Positions 1 through 13,519 are shown, counted from the first letter of the stretch. The stretch: DNA of 64,000 bases from Octopus sinensis (GCF_006345805.1 NC_043012.1:1302001-1366000); one strand, 5' to 3'. Numbers and translations: made by a program. Notes: generated by a model from the letters alone, not told the origin.

Positions 1-261
1 AACTGAAAGAAACTCATCATATATATGTATGTGTGTTGTGTGTGTGTGTGTGTTTTGTGTCTGTGTTTGTCCCCGCCAACATCGTCTGACAACCGATACT
101 TGAGTGTTTATGTCCCCGTAACTTAGCGTTTCATCAAAAGAGATTGATAGAATAAGTACTAGGCTTACAAATAATACATCCTGAGGGTCCATTTGCACGA
201 TTAAAGGCAGTGCTCTAGCATGGCCACAGTCAAATGACTGAAACAAGTAAAAGAGTAAAAC
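1..261 (+). mobile_element. SINE-A (3' half)
   Basis: Matches many copies; tail ccagcatggccacagtcaaatgactgaaacaagtaaaagag. Confidence 0.9.
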
Positions 262-304
262 AGAATACATATCAATTAATATATATATATATCTATACAT
301 ATAT

Positions 305-355
<51 letters not shown>

Positions 356-478
356 TATGTATAAATATATATACTGGAGTAAACATATATATGTGAAACA
401 AGGTGGAAAAAAGAGTACTCAAATACCAGTGGTAGAGTAATATGCTTTATTTAAAGCAGCCAGAAAATTCAACAAAAC

Positions 479-516
479 CTGTTACTCTGAGTTTCCCGTT
501 GCCGTTCATCGGACAG
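479..516 (-). ncRNA. Minimal type I hammerhead-like motif (core CCGAUGA)
   Basis: Minus strand: CUGU-CCGAUGA-aCG(GCAA)CGg-GAAA-CUCAGAG-UA^ACAG. Lies in a ~175-bp element (370-545) that recurs at 54715-54880. Confidence 0.55.
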
Positions 517-594
517 TTTTTGCTAGCAGTTTCTGCCGCTTTAAATAAGTATAATATATATATATATATATATATTATTCATATATATATATGA

Positions 595-637
<43 letters not shown>

Positions 638-964
638 ATATACACATTATAATATATATAAACTCACACAACCCCACCACCACACCAGACTCACCTAACC
701 CAGCACAGAGAAAATTACTCTGTGTTCAACAGTGCTTGCTACATTTCAGAAAAATGTAATTATCGTCAAGTAGCACCAGTCTGTTCTCCTTGAACACACT
801 TTTGGCAAGTACAGAGCAAATCAAACATTGCTATATTGTTCTTGTTGGTCTTGGTGTTGTTGTTGTTGTCAAAGTATTTGGTCTGTTTCGTTTTACTTTT
901 CATTTCTTTTTCATCTGATTGTCTTCTTCAAGAGTGTCCTGTTTTTATAGTTGTCAAGGATTTT

Positions 965-997
<33 letters not shown>

Positions 998-1361
998 TGT
1001 TGTGTCTTACTACCAATGTTTTCTGGCTAACTTTCTTCCCTCTGCCTTTTTCTTTGACAACTTGTAGTGATGGAGGTGGTGGTGGAGGTGGTGGTGGTGG
1101 TGGTGATGATGATGGTGATGGTGGTGGTGCTGGTGTCGCAATGGCACGATGGTGTGACCACGGTATGGTGGCAAGAAATTAGTGGAAGATGAACTACTTT
1201 GGATGATGTCAATTAAAAAGTGTCAATCACTTTCACTGTTGATGCTGCTACTACTAAAATACTACTACAACTACTACTACCACTACTACTACTACTGCTG
1301 CTACTACTACTACTACTATACACATATGCAACATACCTATATATTGTTTTATATATATAAA

Positions 1362-1588
1362 TTTCTTTACTACCCACAAGGGGCTAAACATAGAGAGGAC
1401 AAACAAAGACAGACAAATGGATTAAGTCGATTACATCGACCCCAGTGCGTAACTGGTACTTATTTAATCGACCCCGAAAGGATGAAAGGCAAAGTCGACC
1501 TCGGCAGAATTTGAACTCTGAACGTGGTGGCAGAAGAAATACTGCTAAGCATTTCGCCTGGCGTGCTAACGTTTCTGCCAGTTCACCG
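1362..1588 (-). mobile_element. SINE-B
   Basis: Minus strand ggcagaaacgttagc...gagttcaaattc..gactttgcctttcatcctttcggggtcgat; repeated in the window. Confidence 0.9.
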
Positions 1589-2060
1589 CTATATATAATC
1601 ACACACACAGCTAACATATATGTACGTATATATACATCTTCCTGCGGGATGTACATTATCATCATCATCTTCCTTCTCCACCTCCTCCTCCTCATCATCA
1701 TCATCATTATCATCATCATCATCATCGTCATTGTCACCTTCATTGTTTAATGTCCCCTTTTCCATGCCAGCATGGGCTAGATAGCTTGACAAGAACAGAT
1801 GAGCCCAGAGGGCTCCACCAGGTTCTCTGTCTGCTTACAAATGGTTTCTACAGTTAGATGCCCTTCCTAATGCCAATCACCTAAGAAGAGTGTACTGGCT
1901 CTTCTTTTACACGGCAACAGCACTGGTGGCATCGCCAATTATCCACAAATACATATATATGTGCGAATGCATAGAGTATACATATATAAACTTGTATACA
2001 TATACAGACATCCATATATATATACATGTGTGTGTGTGTATGTATGTGTGTGTGTGTGTA

Positions 2061-2269
2061 TTCTTTTATTCTATTACTTGTATCAGTCATTTGACTGTGG
2101 CCATGCTAGAGCACTGCCTTTAGTTGAACAAATCAGGACTTATTGTTTGTAAGCCTAGTACTTATTCTGTCGGTCTATTTTGCTGAACCGTCAAGTTATG
2201 GAGATGTAAACACACCAACACCGGTTGTCAAGCAATGGTAGGGGGACAGAGACACAAACACAGACACAT

Positions 2270-2306
<37 letters not shown>

Positions 2307-2465
2307 ATACACACATATATATATATATACAACAGGCTTCTTTCAGTTTCCATCTACCAAATCCACTCACAAGGCTTTGGTTGGCTCGAGGTTATAGAAG
2401 TTACTTACCCAAGGTACCATACAGTAGGATTGAACCCAGAACTATGCGGTCGAGAAACAAGCTAC
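2061..2465 (-). mobile_element. SINE-A
   Basis: Head, internal (CA)/(TA) microsatellite and tail as in other copies. Confidence 0.85.
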
Positions 2466-2698
2466 TTATTTCTTTACTGCCCACAAGGGCTACATACAGT
2501 GGGGACAAACAAGGACAGACAAACGGATTAAGTCAATTATATCGACCCCAGTACATAACTGGTACTTATTTAATCGACCCTGAAAGAATGAAAGGCAAAG
2601 TCAACCTTGGCGGAATTTGAACTCAGAACGTAGCAGCAGATGAAATACTGCTAAGCACTCCACCCGGCGTGCTAACGTTTCTGCCAGTTCGCCACCTT
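2466..2698 (-). mobile_element. SINE-B
   Basis: Same family. Confidence 0.9.
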
Positions 2699-3450
2699 GC
2701 ACATATTTATTATTTATATTTAGCAGAAGCAACACACACACAGATGCACACATGTATATATATATATGCTGTCACCTTATTATTATTATGTGCTAGTCTG
2801 CTTATACAGATGAATTATGTTCCATCTTGCGGGATGTTTATATGTATATTCTATGATTAAATGTTCGAATTATGAAATGATATGCGGATGACCTTGCATT
2901 TGTTTCTTCAATAATTTCAGTTTGATATATATATATATATATATATATTAAAGTTTTTATGTGAAGTTATATATAAAAAATTAACATTAAGCTGGAGCAC
3001 CACTCAATAGATTTATCAAGGTACATATTGATTAATATCTATTATGAAAAGATTGGCAGTGAATTCGAAGATTCAGCTTACCAGCCTCTATCAGACTGTG
3101 GTTTACTTTGATCTTTTAGGATTTATATAGTTTTCAGCACAATATTTCTTAGGTAGGTGGAGTAAAATAAAGTGGAATTAGCTGTAATATAGGAAGCAGA
3201 GATGGGGAAGTCCAAGGTGTAGGTTAAGATAAATTGATGGTGGAGACAGTTATTCTGGTTTGATAGTAGAAATGTGTATTTGTTTAGGGTTCAGTAAGGC
3301 ATGTAAGTATGGGAATAAACAGATGTGTAGTACTTAAGTCAAAATTTGTGTTGGTTCAGGATTTTCTTATGACTAATCAAGAGTCTATATAAGGCTAGTT
3401 TTCTGCTAATTTCGGTTTCACTGATAATGCTGATTCAATTTCTCATACAG

Positions 3451-3608
3451 CATAAGTCAGACAGTAATTTCAAGACAAGAAATTTCCATGGAAGCTGTGT
3501 GCTTCTGGTTTTAGTTCCACTCAACAAGATCTTGAACGAGTTCCTTATACTGGACCTTCAGCCAGACAAGTATCCTGTGGGTTTGGATATGGAAACTGAA
3601 ATTTTTAT
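3451..3608 (+). CDS. Candidate upstream exon (phase 0 to 2)
   Basis: caatttctcatacag| acceptor and AT|GTAAGG donor. Single open frame HKSDSNF...LILDLQPDKYPVGLDMETEIF in unique sequence. No recognisable homology. Confidence 0.3.
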
Positions 3609-4410
3609 GTAAGGAGCATGTCATATACACACTATATGCATGTTTGTATCTATCACATATCCTTTACTGTCACATAACTTGGTGATTTGACAATTAGACA
3701 TCAATAAAATAAATATTAGACTGTAATAAGTACTGAAGTAAAAACTATCAGCATAATTATGAAGAAGTGATATCTCATTATGGTTGTGTTCCAGTGACTA
3801 AAACTGGTAAAAGAATATATGAACAGAGGTGGCACCTCCTGGGTTGTGGCTATTAAAACAAGGGCAGTAAGTGCCTCCTCCAAATGCAAGGTATACAAGA
3901 AAGAAGATGCGTAGAGTTTGCATATTAAAATTTTTTTTTCTAATTTGTTACAAATTTTTTATGATTTCCAGTTGGTGGTAATCCAGTTGGAAGTGTTTAG
4001 TACTATTTCATTCATTTTAGAAATCTTCAGCATAATATCACTAGTAACTTATTCATTAAATGTATTTCGAACAGAGACATTTTATTACGATTGTAGATGA
4101 AATTACAGCCTGGAGGAAATTCAGGAAATTTTTTTCCTCATGTAAATGAATGCAGCCATGCGCCTGTGTGTGTGTGTGTATGTGTGCGTGCGTGTGTGTT
4201 TGTGTATGCATGCAGGCATATGCATGTGCACATCTCTGCATGTATGTGTGTATATGTATAGGCATATCTATACATATATATGCACATATATATATATATG
4301 TATATCTATAAATATATTGCTGTATATGCATATATATACATATATTTTATATAAATGTATGTATATATAAATATATGTTTATATGTTTGTATATATGTGT
4401 ATATATGTCT

Positions 4411-4444
<34 letters not shown>

Positions 4445-4951
4445 GTGTGTATATATGTATGTATGTATACATATCTATCTCTCCATCTATCTATATATAT
4501 ATATATATACTATATCTATTCATGTATATATATATAAGTGTGTATGTGTGTGTACCTATATGTAAATATATGAAATAAAAAGTATTATTTTTTTCTTATT
4601 ACGTTCTTATAGAGTTTCTGATATTTTGGAATGATTCCTCAGTTTGGAAAACAGAGAAGTTTATTATTTTTTTTTTTCTTGTCCATAGTTCATCAAAGCA
4701 TAGAAATAATAAAGAATTAGATTTCTCCAAATGCTTTTCGATGTGGGGGAGTAGTAAAAGAGAGAAAAGAAGAGGGATTAGGGGAGAGAGAGAGAGAGAG
4801 AGAAGCTGCATGCACAGAGATTGATAAAGAAGGAGAAGGAAGAGGAGGCACTATTGATCAGTGTAAAAACGAAGGGTAAGGTTTGGATCAGAGGCAGCTT
4901 GTCAATAGCATATACAAGTTCATGCACATTTACATATGCATACATATATAC

Positions 4952-5036
<85 letters not shown>

Positions 5037-5317
5037 CATATAATATATATATATATACATACATATATGTATATATATGTATATTGTATATGTGTAGGTA
5101 TGTATGTATGTATGTATGCATGTATGTACATATACTGATAGTTGAAATTAATTGCTAGCTTGCATATTCCCACGCACAAACACATCAAGGAATGAGTGTG
5201 GTTGTGTGCAGGGATATTTAATCAGCAAACAACTTATACATCCATCCATCCATACATACATATAACATACATGCAAACATACATACATACATACATACAT
5301 ATATCATATATATATAT

Positions 5318-5358
<41 letters not shown>

Positions 5359-5958
5359 GTATGTATGTTAGTATACATATCTATATATATGCATATATAC
5401 ATACATATATATAATAGATGCATATTCATATATGTATACATATATATATGTATATATATTTATATATGTATGCAAGAATGTCTATGTAGATATTGTACAT
5501 AATATATAATATATATATAATATATATATATATAATATTATATATATATATATATATATATGCATATTTTTGCATGCATGTAGGTATATTTATGTATGTA
5601 TCTACATATGTACAAACATACATATACATATATATCATGTGTGTCCATGTGTGAATAAAACGAGAGAGAAAGAAACACAAACACACACACACACACAATT
5701 ACATGCACACATATGAAAACACACATGTGTAAATATATTAAAATGCCACATGCTCTCATGGGATATTTTCCCACAGCCATAATATATATGCTTTACTATG
5801 GATTAAAAATCAAGCTCATGGCTGCATGACCTTGTATGTCCTTCAGCTGCCCATTTACAAATACAGATATTTGAGCCAACCACTATATATGCTTGCATGT
5901 CTCTCTCTCTCTCTTTCTCCCTCACACACACACACCATATATACATATATATGTATGA

Positions 5959-6015
<57 letters not shown>

Positions 6016-6057
6016 GCATATACAAACACATATATATAAATACATACATATATATAC

Positions 6058-6625
6058 AGGAGCAAAACGCCCCCCGCCCCCGTCCAATGGACGGTGCTGA
6101 GTTTGTCAAACATTTAAACCAAATTTTCTCAAAACAACTTGTCCGACCGTCCATAGGCCTCCCCTTTGAGAAACACTGATTTAACCTAAATTTGAGGCAA
6201 CGCAAAAGAAGAAAATATAAGATAGACTTCTTTTCTCTTCCAAAGAAAAGCGATTTTTTTCACTACAAAATGAACCGAAGAGTTTAAAGTACCAGTAATG
6301 ATAAGGCTGTTGACTGGAGAAACACAAACATGCGTTTAAATAGTAAGCTTGGCGCAGGAAAGAAACGTGCCTTCAAGCAGTACAAAAAACAAACAAAATT
6401 GCAAGGCGCAGTATGTACAGGATGACAGAAGAAAAGCAGGACAAAATGGCTTTATCGATCACATTCTCACCTGGAATTGATTTTTGTAATTTTTTCAAGA
6501 CTTATACACGCCCTGATACTGTCGGTATCTACATATCAAATAGGAGCGCAATCAGATGGAGGATGCTCAAGATTCGAGAAGACACACACACAGACAGACA
6601 GACAGAAGGGATTTTATATAATAGA
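6058..6625 (-). mobile_element. Non-autonomous Helitron-like element
   Basis: Minus strand starts A|TCTATTATATAAAATCCCTTC(TGTC)n. GC hairpin ccgtcc-aat-ggacgg near the other end, but the terminus is not a canonical CTRR. Confidence 0.45.
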
Positions 6626-6667
6626 TACACACACATACATGCACACGCGCACACATGTACATATATA

Positions 6668-6830
6668 TTCTCTCATTCTTTTACTTGTTTCACTCATTTG
6701 ACTGCAGCCATGCTGGAGCACCGCCTTTAGTCGAGCAAAATAACTCCAGGATTTATTCTTTGTAAGCGCAGTACTTATTCTATCGGTCTTTTTGTTGAAC
6801 AGCTAAGTTACGGGGATGTAAACACACCGA
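6668..6830 (-). mobile_element. SINE-A (tail fragment)
   Basis: Tail sequence only. Confidence 0.8.
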
Positions 6831-7034
6831 GCCAGTCAGATGGTACACCCCTCACACACACACACATAAATGTTTTTATTTTTCATTCTCCTCAAGAATT
6901 TATCCCTAATTAGTTGTTTCGACTTTAGCTGTTCCTTCTAGCATAAGGGAGTCCTATGATGGATACCTCTTAATGTGTTTAAATGTATACTGTATTTTAT
7001 ATACATATATTACATTATATAATATATTATATAT

Positions 7035-7590
7035 ATATATATATATAGGACTTTGCTTGCGAAGACTTGTGCTTGCGAAGACTTGTTGAGGCAAGTGAAT
7101 CGGAATCGAAATCAAAATCAAGTTCGATGATTGCACCCATGCTAGTGGAGTGCTAAGAGTACCATACAAGTGAGATCATTGCCAGAACAACAAGCCGGCC
7201 TCCGTGCCGATGGCGCGTTAAAAAACACCGTTCAGCATAATCGTTACCTTTGTTGCCTTACAAGCACCTGTGCTGGTGGCACGTGAAAAACATTTGAAGC
7301 GAGGTCTTTGCCAGTGCTGCTGGACTGGCTCCTATGCAGGTGGCACATAAAAAGTACCATCTGAGCATGGCTGTTGCCAGTACTGCCTGACAGTGGCATA
7401 TAAAAGCACCCACTACACTCTCGGAGTGGTTGGCATTAAGGAAGGACATCCAGCTGTAGAAACTCTGCCAGATCAGACTGGAGTCTGGTGCAGCCATCTG
7501 GTTCACCAGACCTCAGTCAAATCGTCCAACCCATGCTAGCATGGAAAGTGGACGTTAAATGATGGTGATGATGATGATGATGATGATATA
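7035..7590 (+). mobile_element. SINE-C (tail catgc.agcatggaa..gacgttaaa(GAT)n)
   Basis: Family body with gtgccggtggcac repeats and a (GAT)n tail. Confidence 0.85.
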
Positions 7591-7850
7591 TATATATCAT
7601 CATCATCAGACTGTGATTTCGATTCCCGGACTGGTCAATGCGTTGTGTTTTTGAATGCAAAACACTTCGTTTCACATTGCTCCAGTTCACTCAGCCGGCA
7701 AAAACGTGTAACCCTGTGACAGATTGGCCACTCGTCCATCCAGGAGGAGAATCTATATGCCTAATACCAGTTGTAACACTGCTCTACATCCCAACTGAAG
7801 TCTGCTGTTGTTCTATAGCCCATTAGAAGAGGACAACCATTCTATGTATT

Positions 7851-8262
7851 TACTCTTTTACTCTTTTACTTGTTTCAGTCATTTGACTGAGGCCATGTTG
7901 GAGCACCGCCTTTTAGTCAAGCAAATCACCCCAGGACTTATTCTATGTAAGCCTAGTACTTATTCTATTGGTCTCTTTTGCCGAACCACAAAATTACGGG
8001 GACGTATACACACCAGCATCAGTTGTCAAGCGATGTTGGTGTCGGACAAACAGAGACACGCAAACATATACACACACATACATATATATATACATATACA
8101 TATATACAAGGGCTTCTTTCAGTTTCCATCTACCAAATCCACTCACAAGGCTTTGGTCAGCCCGAGGCTATAGTAGAAGACACACTTGCCCAAAGTTGCC
8201 ACGTAGTAGGACTGAACCCAGAACCATGTGGTTGGTAAGCAAGCTACTTACCACATAGCCAA
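7851..8262 (-). mobile_element. SINE-A
   Basis: Near full-length copy. Confidence 0.9.
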
Positions 8263-8481
8263 CTGTACTAATATGCATGAGTACTAATACAGAAGAGCAC
8301 CTCTAGTCTACATGTGTGTTAGTAGCTTACCACTGTACTATATCTTCCACACAAAGAACAATGGTTCAGAAAGTGGTATCACTTAGTCTTCGTATTCTTA
8401 TTGATCGTTCATTGCTTCGGCTTCTTCCGTCCTGGAATAAAATATTTGGTGAACAGGGACTGTGTGCACCAAGCCACACAA

Positions 8482-8648
8482 ACTACAGACACTACTACTA
8501 CTACTACTACTACCACTACTACTACTAACACCACTACCACTACCACCACAGCTACTACTACCACCACAACCACCACCAACACCACCATTACCACCACCAT
8601 TACTACTACTATTACCATTACTTCCATCACCACCTCCAACACATCACC

Positions 8649-8698
<50 letters not shown>

Positions 8699-9195
8699 CG
8701 CTGCTGCTACTATCACTACTACCATTACTTGGCCCACCACCACCACAGCTACTATTATTACCATCACCACTACCACCATCATTATTACTACTGCTACAAC
8801 CACCACTGCCATCAACACCACCACCACTACTACTATTATTACTACTACTACTACTACTACAACTGCTACTACCACTACTACCATTACTTTCACTTACTAC
8901 TACTACTACAACTGCTACTACCACTACTACCATTACTTTCACTACCGCTACCACCACCACAACCACAACCATCACAGCTACTACTATTACCACTATCCCT
9001 ACCACCATCATTATTACTACTGCTACAACCACCACTGCCATCACTATCAACACCACCACCACCACCATCACTACTACTGCTACTATCACTCCTACTACTA
9101 CCGTCACTACTACCACTACCACCCACCACCACCATCATGACCACTACCAATACTGCCACCCCAACCACAACTGCCACTACTGCCAATGCTAATAC
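8482..9195. repeat. Compound (ACT/ACC/ATC/ATT) trinucleotide array with an internally duplicated block
   Basis: Directly visible; an ~80-bp block occurs twice (~8737 and ~8965). Confidence 0.9.
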
Positions 9196-9749
9196 TGGTA
9201 CTGCCGACAGCAGCGAAACAAAACCAGTGAAGTGGCATCTACATGGTTACTTGATCTGTTAGAAAGAGCAACCTAATCTTCCTCTTATCACATTATATCG
9301 AGACCATCACCGCTGACACTAACATCAATGCCACCACATTTTGAATGCGGAACAGATAAAAGTTAGCTTTTCACAGAAGCAGTGGAGCAAATCTGAACAA
9401 AACTAGACAAGAGGCTAAAACCTACATTAAGACACACATGTGCCTCCCCATGATTGTGTATATATATTCATATACAAATATATACATGAAAATATTTATA
9501 CAGTATCTATATATATATATATATATATCAGAAATATTAAATTTCTAAATATCTCATAGAGATATGTATGGTGGTGGGGCGATAGAATGGTTGTATACTG
9601 TCAATTTAATGTGACAGTAGGGGATTACACCACCGTCGTTTAGCCCTAGGAAGCATCGACGCTTCCTGATGGCTTCGACACATTTTTTTTTCCTGTGTCC
9701 TTATATATTTATGAAGGGGAGACAAATACCCCCAGCAGCCAGGCCTGCA

Positions 9750-9796
9750 TCTAGAGACACGCATGTTTCAGGATCTTTGTCCATCATCGCTCTAGA
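9750..9796 (-). ncRNA. Degenerate hammerhead-like motif
   Basis: Minus strand: UCUAGA-GCGAUGA-uGGA(caaaga)UCCu-GAAA-CAUGCGUG-UC^UCUAGA. 6-bp stem I and GUC site; core positions 3-4 altered. Confidence 0.45.
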
Positions 9797-9853
9797 GTAG
9801 CAGAAGCCTGCCAGCCACAGATATCTGCGGCTGGCAGGCTTCTATATATACAT

Positions 9854-9887
<34 letters not shown>

Positions 9888-9928
9888 ATATACATGCATA
9901 TATTTATATTTATATATATACATATATA

Positions 9929-9959
<31 letters not shown>

Positions 9960-10174
9960 TATATATATATACATATGCATTGTGTGCATATATATATATA
10001 TATATATATACATTGTGTGTGTGTATATATATATTTGTATATACATTGTATATATGTATATATATATATATATATATAGGGAGAGTTTACAAAAAAAAAA
10101 CAAAAGACAAAGACAGGTGGTGAACAAAACAAACCGGTGTATTAGTATAACGCTCGCTCAGAAATAGAAAAAGT

Positions 10175-10210
10175 CTTTTATGTTTCGAGCCTACGCTCTT
10201 CTACAGAAAG
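10175..10210 (-). ncRNA. Hammerhead-like motif, CUGUAGA family
   Basis: Minus strand: CUUU-CUGUAGA-A-GAGC(GUAG)GCUC-GAAA-CA-UA^AAAG, within element 10078-10240 flanked by (TA)n. Confidence 0.5.
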
Positions 10211-10330
10211 GACACAGAAAAAAAAACAGGAGAGAAAAAGTATATATATATATATATTATATATATATATATATATTATATATATATATACACACACACA
10301 ATGTATATATATATATTTGTATATACATTG

Positions 10331-10362
<32 letters not shown>

Positions 10363-10578
10363 ACATTGTGCATAAATTCTATATCTGGAAGGACCCATTT
10401 TAAACTCTGTTGGACTTTTGGACTTTACTCATAGCTTATTGGAATACTACATACATACCATTCTGCCTAAAATATAGATATATCCATACATATCTTGCAT
10501 CTATTTTCTTCCTTCCACCTCACTCTCTGTTTTGTATCACATCTAAACTAGCTATGACTTAACCATCTTCTCACTCCT

Positions 10579-10628
10579 TCTCCGATGAACAGATATAATT
10601 AATAAATATCCTGGAAACAGCTGTAAGA
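10579..10628 (+). ncRNA. Minimal type I hammerhead-like motif (core CCGAUGA)
   Basis: UCU-CCGAUGA-A-CAGAUAU(aauuaauaa)AUAUcCUG-GAAA-CAGCUG-UA^AGA, with palindromic stem III CAGCUG. Confidence 0.6.
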
Positions 10629-10693
10629 CCTTTCTATAAATGCTCTAACATATATACAATGTATATACAAATATATATATATACACACACACA

Positions 10694-10733
<40 letters not shown>

Positions 10734-10774
10734 CCTTGGTTTTTTTTATCGCATTATGCAAAAAATTCTTATAT

Positions 10775-11075
10775 ATACAGCAACAGCTTGGGTCTCAGAG
10801 GACCACAGCTCTTTAACATCCTCCCTAAATGCCTGAGAGACTTACATGGTGTGGATGTGGGTTTCTTTAAAACTAAACTGGTTCTCTTCTTGTCGGGAGT
10901 CCCAGATGAACCTACCTCATGACAGGAGATGCAGATCTGGGCAGCAGCAACGAACTCCCTTGTTGATCAAGTGCCACGTATCAGAGGTGGATTCACATAT
11001 TAGTGTAGTTCATTCAGCGGTGGTGCCCCAGCATGGCCACAGCCTTCGGGCTAAAACATTTTTAAGGATTTAAGG
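10775..11075 (+). mobile_element. CR1/L2-like LINE 3' end
   Basis: NSLGLRGPQLFNILPKCLRDLHGVDVGFFKTKLVLFLSGVPDEP followed by a stem-loop tail. Confidence 0.75.
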
Positions 11076-11338
11076 ATATATATATATATATATGTATGTA
11101 TATATATCTATCTATCTATATATATATATATATATATATACAGACACACACACATACATATATATATATTTGAAAAGACATGTAATATAGTGTAATATAT
11201 GAATATCAATATGTGTTAGAAAACCAGAATATGTATATTTCAAACATCATCATCTTCCACATCATCATCGTTGTCATCATCATCATCATCGGAATAGTAA
11301 TCATTATCGTCATCATTATCTCTTGCCTTCTAATCACC

Positions 11339-11385
<47 letters not shown>

Positions 11386-11432
11386 GGTGATGACCATGGG
11401 GGAGATAATGAGGATGAAAATGATGTAGATAT

Positions 11433-11664
11433 ATTTCTTTACTACCCACAAGGGGCTAAACACAGAGGGGACAAACAAGGACAGGCAAAGCGATTAAGTC
11501 GATTCCATCGACCCCAGTGCGTAACTGGTACTTAATTTATCGACCCCGAAAGGATGAAAGGCAAAGTCGACCTCAGCGGAATTTGAACTCAGAACATAAC
11601 GGCAGACGAAATACGGCTACGCATTTTGCCCTGCGTGCTAACGTTTCTTCCAGCTCGCCGCCTT
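11433..11664 (-). mobile_element. SINE-B
   Basis: Same family. Confidence 0.9.
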
Positions 11665-12065
11665 GATGTAGATAGCAATAGTGGAGATGATGATGATGAT
11701 GATGAAGATGATGATGTTATGGCAATGACGACGAAGACGATGACGACAACGATGATGATATATCAATAACTAGGTTTCGGTGGTACAGCAAAAATGCTGA
11801 AATCTCAAGAAATGAAGGGAGAATTAATACAAGAATTTTCATGTGTTTAAAATGATTAAAACGCATCCGCTGCCATGTATTAACTCTTTCAGCTTAAACA
11901 TTCTCACTTGGATTAAGTCATTTGATAAACGAGTACAGTTCTGTGGCACACACACAGACACATGCACGTACACACACATATATATAAATGTATGCACATA
12001 TATATAAATGTATGTGCAAATGAATATATATATATATATATATTATATATAAATATATTTATATG

Positions 12066-12110
<45 letters not shown>

Positions 12111-12466
12111 TGCATGAGAGAGAGAATGACAGTGGATGTTTTTTAATCGTTTTAAACACATGAAGAATCTTGTATTAATTCTCCATTCATTTCTTGAGAT
12201 GTCAGCATTTTTGCTCATCGTCATCATTGTCTTGTACATAATAATAAATAAGTATACATTTTATTTAAGAAATAATGGTGAAATTTATATGATTATTGAT
12301 TTTAAAAATATGTATTTCCAATTTTTTTATTTGTTAATTATAAATTAAGATACATACATTTATTTAATTCTTCTTCTTCTTATTATTATTATTATATGTG
12401 AACTAAAATCTAACAGTATCATTTGTGGTTGTTTTTGGTAAATAGTTTGTAATGTAAAATATTATT

Positions 12467-12922
12467 GTGCCGGTGGCACATAAAAAGCACCATCCGAACG
12501 TGGCCGTTGCCAGCGCCGCCTCAACTGGCTTCTGTGCTGGTAGCACATAAAAAGCACCATCCAAACGTGGCTGATGCCAGCGCCGCCCCGGCTGGATTCT
12601 GTGCCAGTGGCACATAAAGAGCACCATCCAAACGTGGCCATTGCCAGCGTCGCCTTGGCTGGCTTCCATGCCGGTGGCACGTTAAAAGCTCCAACTGATC
12701 GTGACCGATGCCGGACCCCCCTGGCACCTGTGCAGGTGGCACGTAAAAAGCACCCACTACACTCGCGGAGTGGCTGGCGTTAGGAAAGGCATCCAGCTGT
12801 AGAAACTCTGCCAGATCAGACTGGAGCCTGGTGCAGCCCCTGGCTTCCCAGACCCCGGTCGAACCGTCCAACCGTCCAACCCATGCTAGCGCGGAAAACG
12901 GACGTTAAACGATGATGATGAT
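12467..12922 (+). mobile_element. SINE-C with internal 67-bp tandem units
   Basis: Units start at 12467, 12534, 12601 and 12668. Confidence 0.9.
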
Positions 12923-13240
12923 GTAGAGAAAAGATATATTATTGAATTTAATAATAATAATAAGTACTTTGTTTATTCTATCAATGATCGAAATATTAGT
13001 TCTAGACCTAAATTAATTTATCATCATCATCATCTTAATCATGTAACATCCGTTTTCCATACTTGCATGGGTTGGACGGTTTGACAGGGGGCTAACAAGC
13101 CAAGGGCCACGTCTGGCACCTGACCGGTTTGCCATGGTTTATGTGGCTGGATGTCCTTCCTAATGCCACCACTTTACAGCATGGACTGAGTGTTTGCATG
13201 TGGCACCACCCCTTTTTATTATTGATTATGTGTTTATTAT

Positions 13241-13473
13241 TACTCTCTTTTACTCTTTTACTTGTTTCAGTCCTTTGACTGCGGCCATGCTGGAGCAGCG
13301 CCTTTAGTCGAGCAAATCGACCTCGGAACTTATTCTTTTATAAGCCCAGTACTTATTCTATCGGTCTCTTTTGCCGAACCGCTAAGTGACGGGGACGTAA
13401 ACACACCAGCATCAGTTGTCAAACAATGCTAAGGGGACAAACACAGACACACAAACACACACACACACACATA

Positions 13474-13519
<46 letters not shown>

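Noticed and set aside
8401-9262. Thr-rich mucin-like ORF (263 aa) and its alternatives
   Set aside because: Trinucleotide array open in several frames and strands; drifts between Thr and Pro/Leu registers; no splice support.
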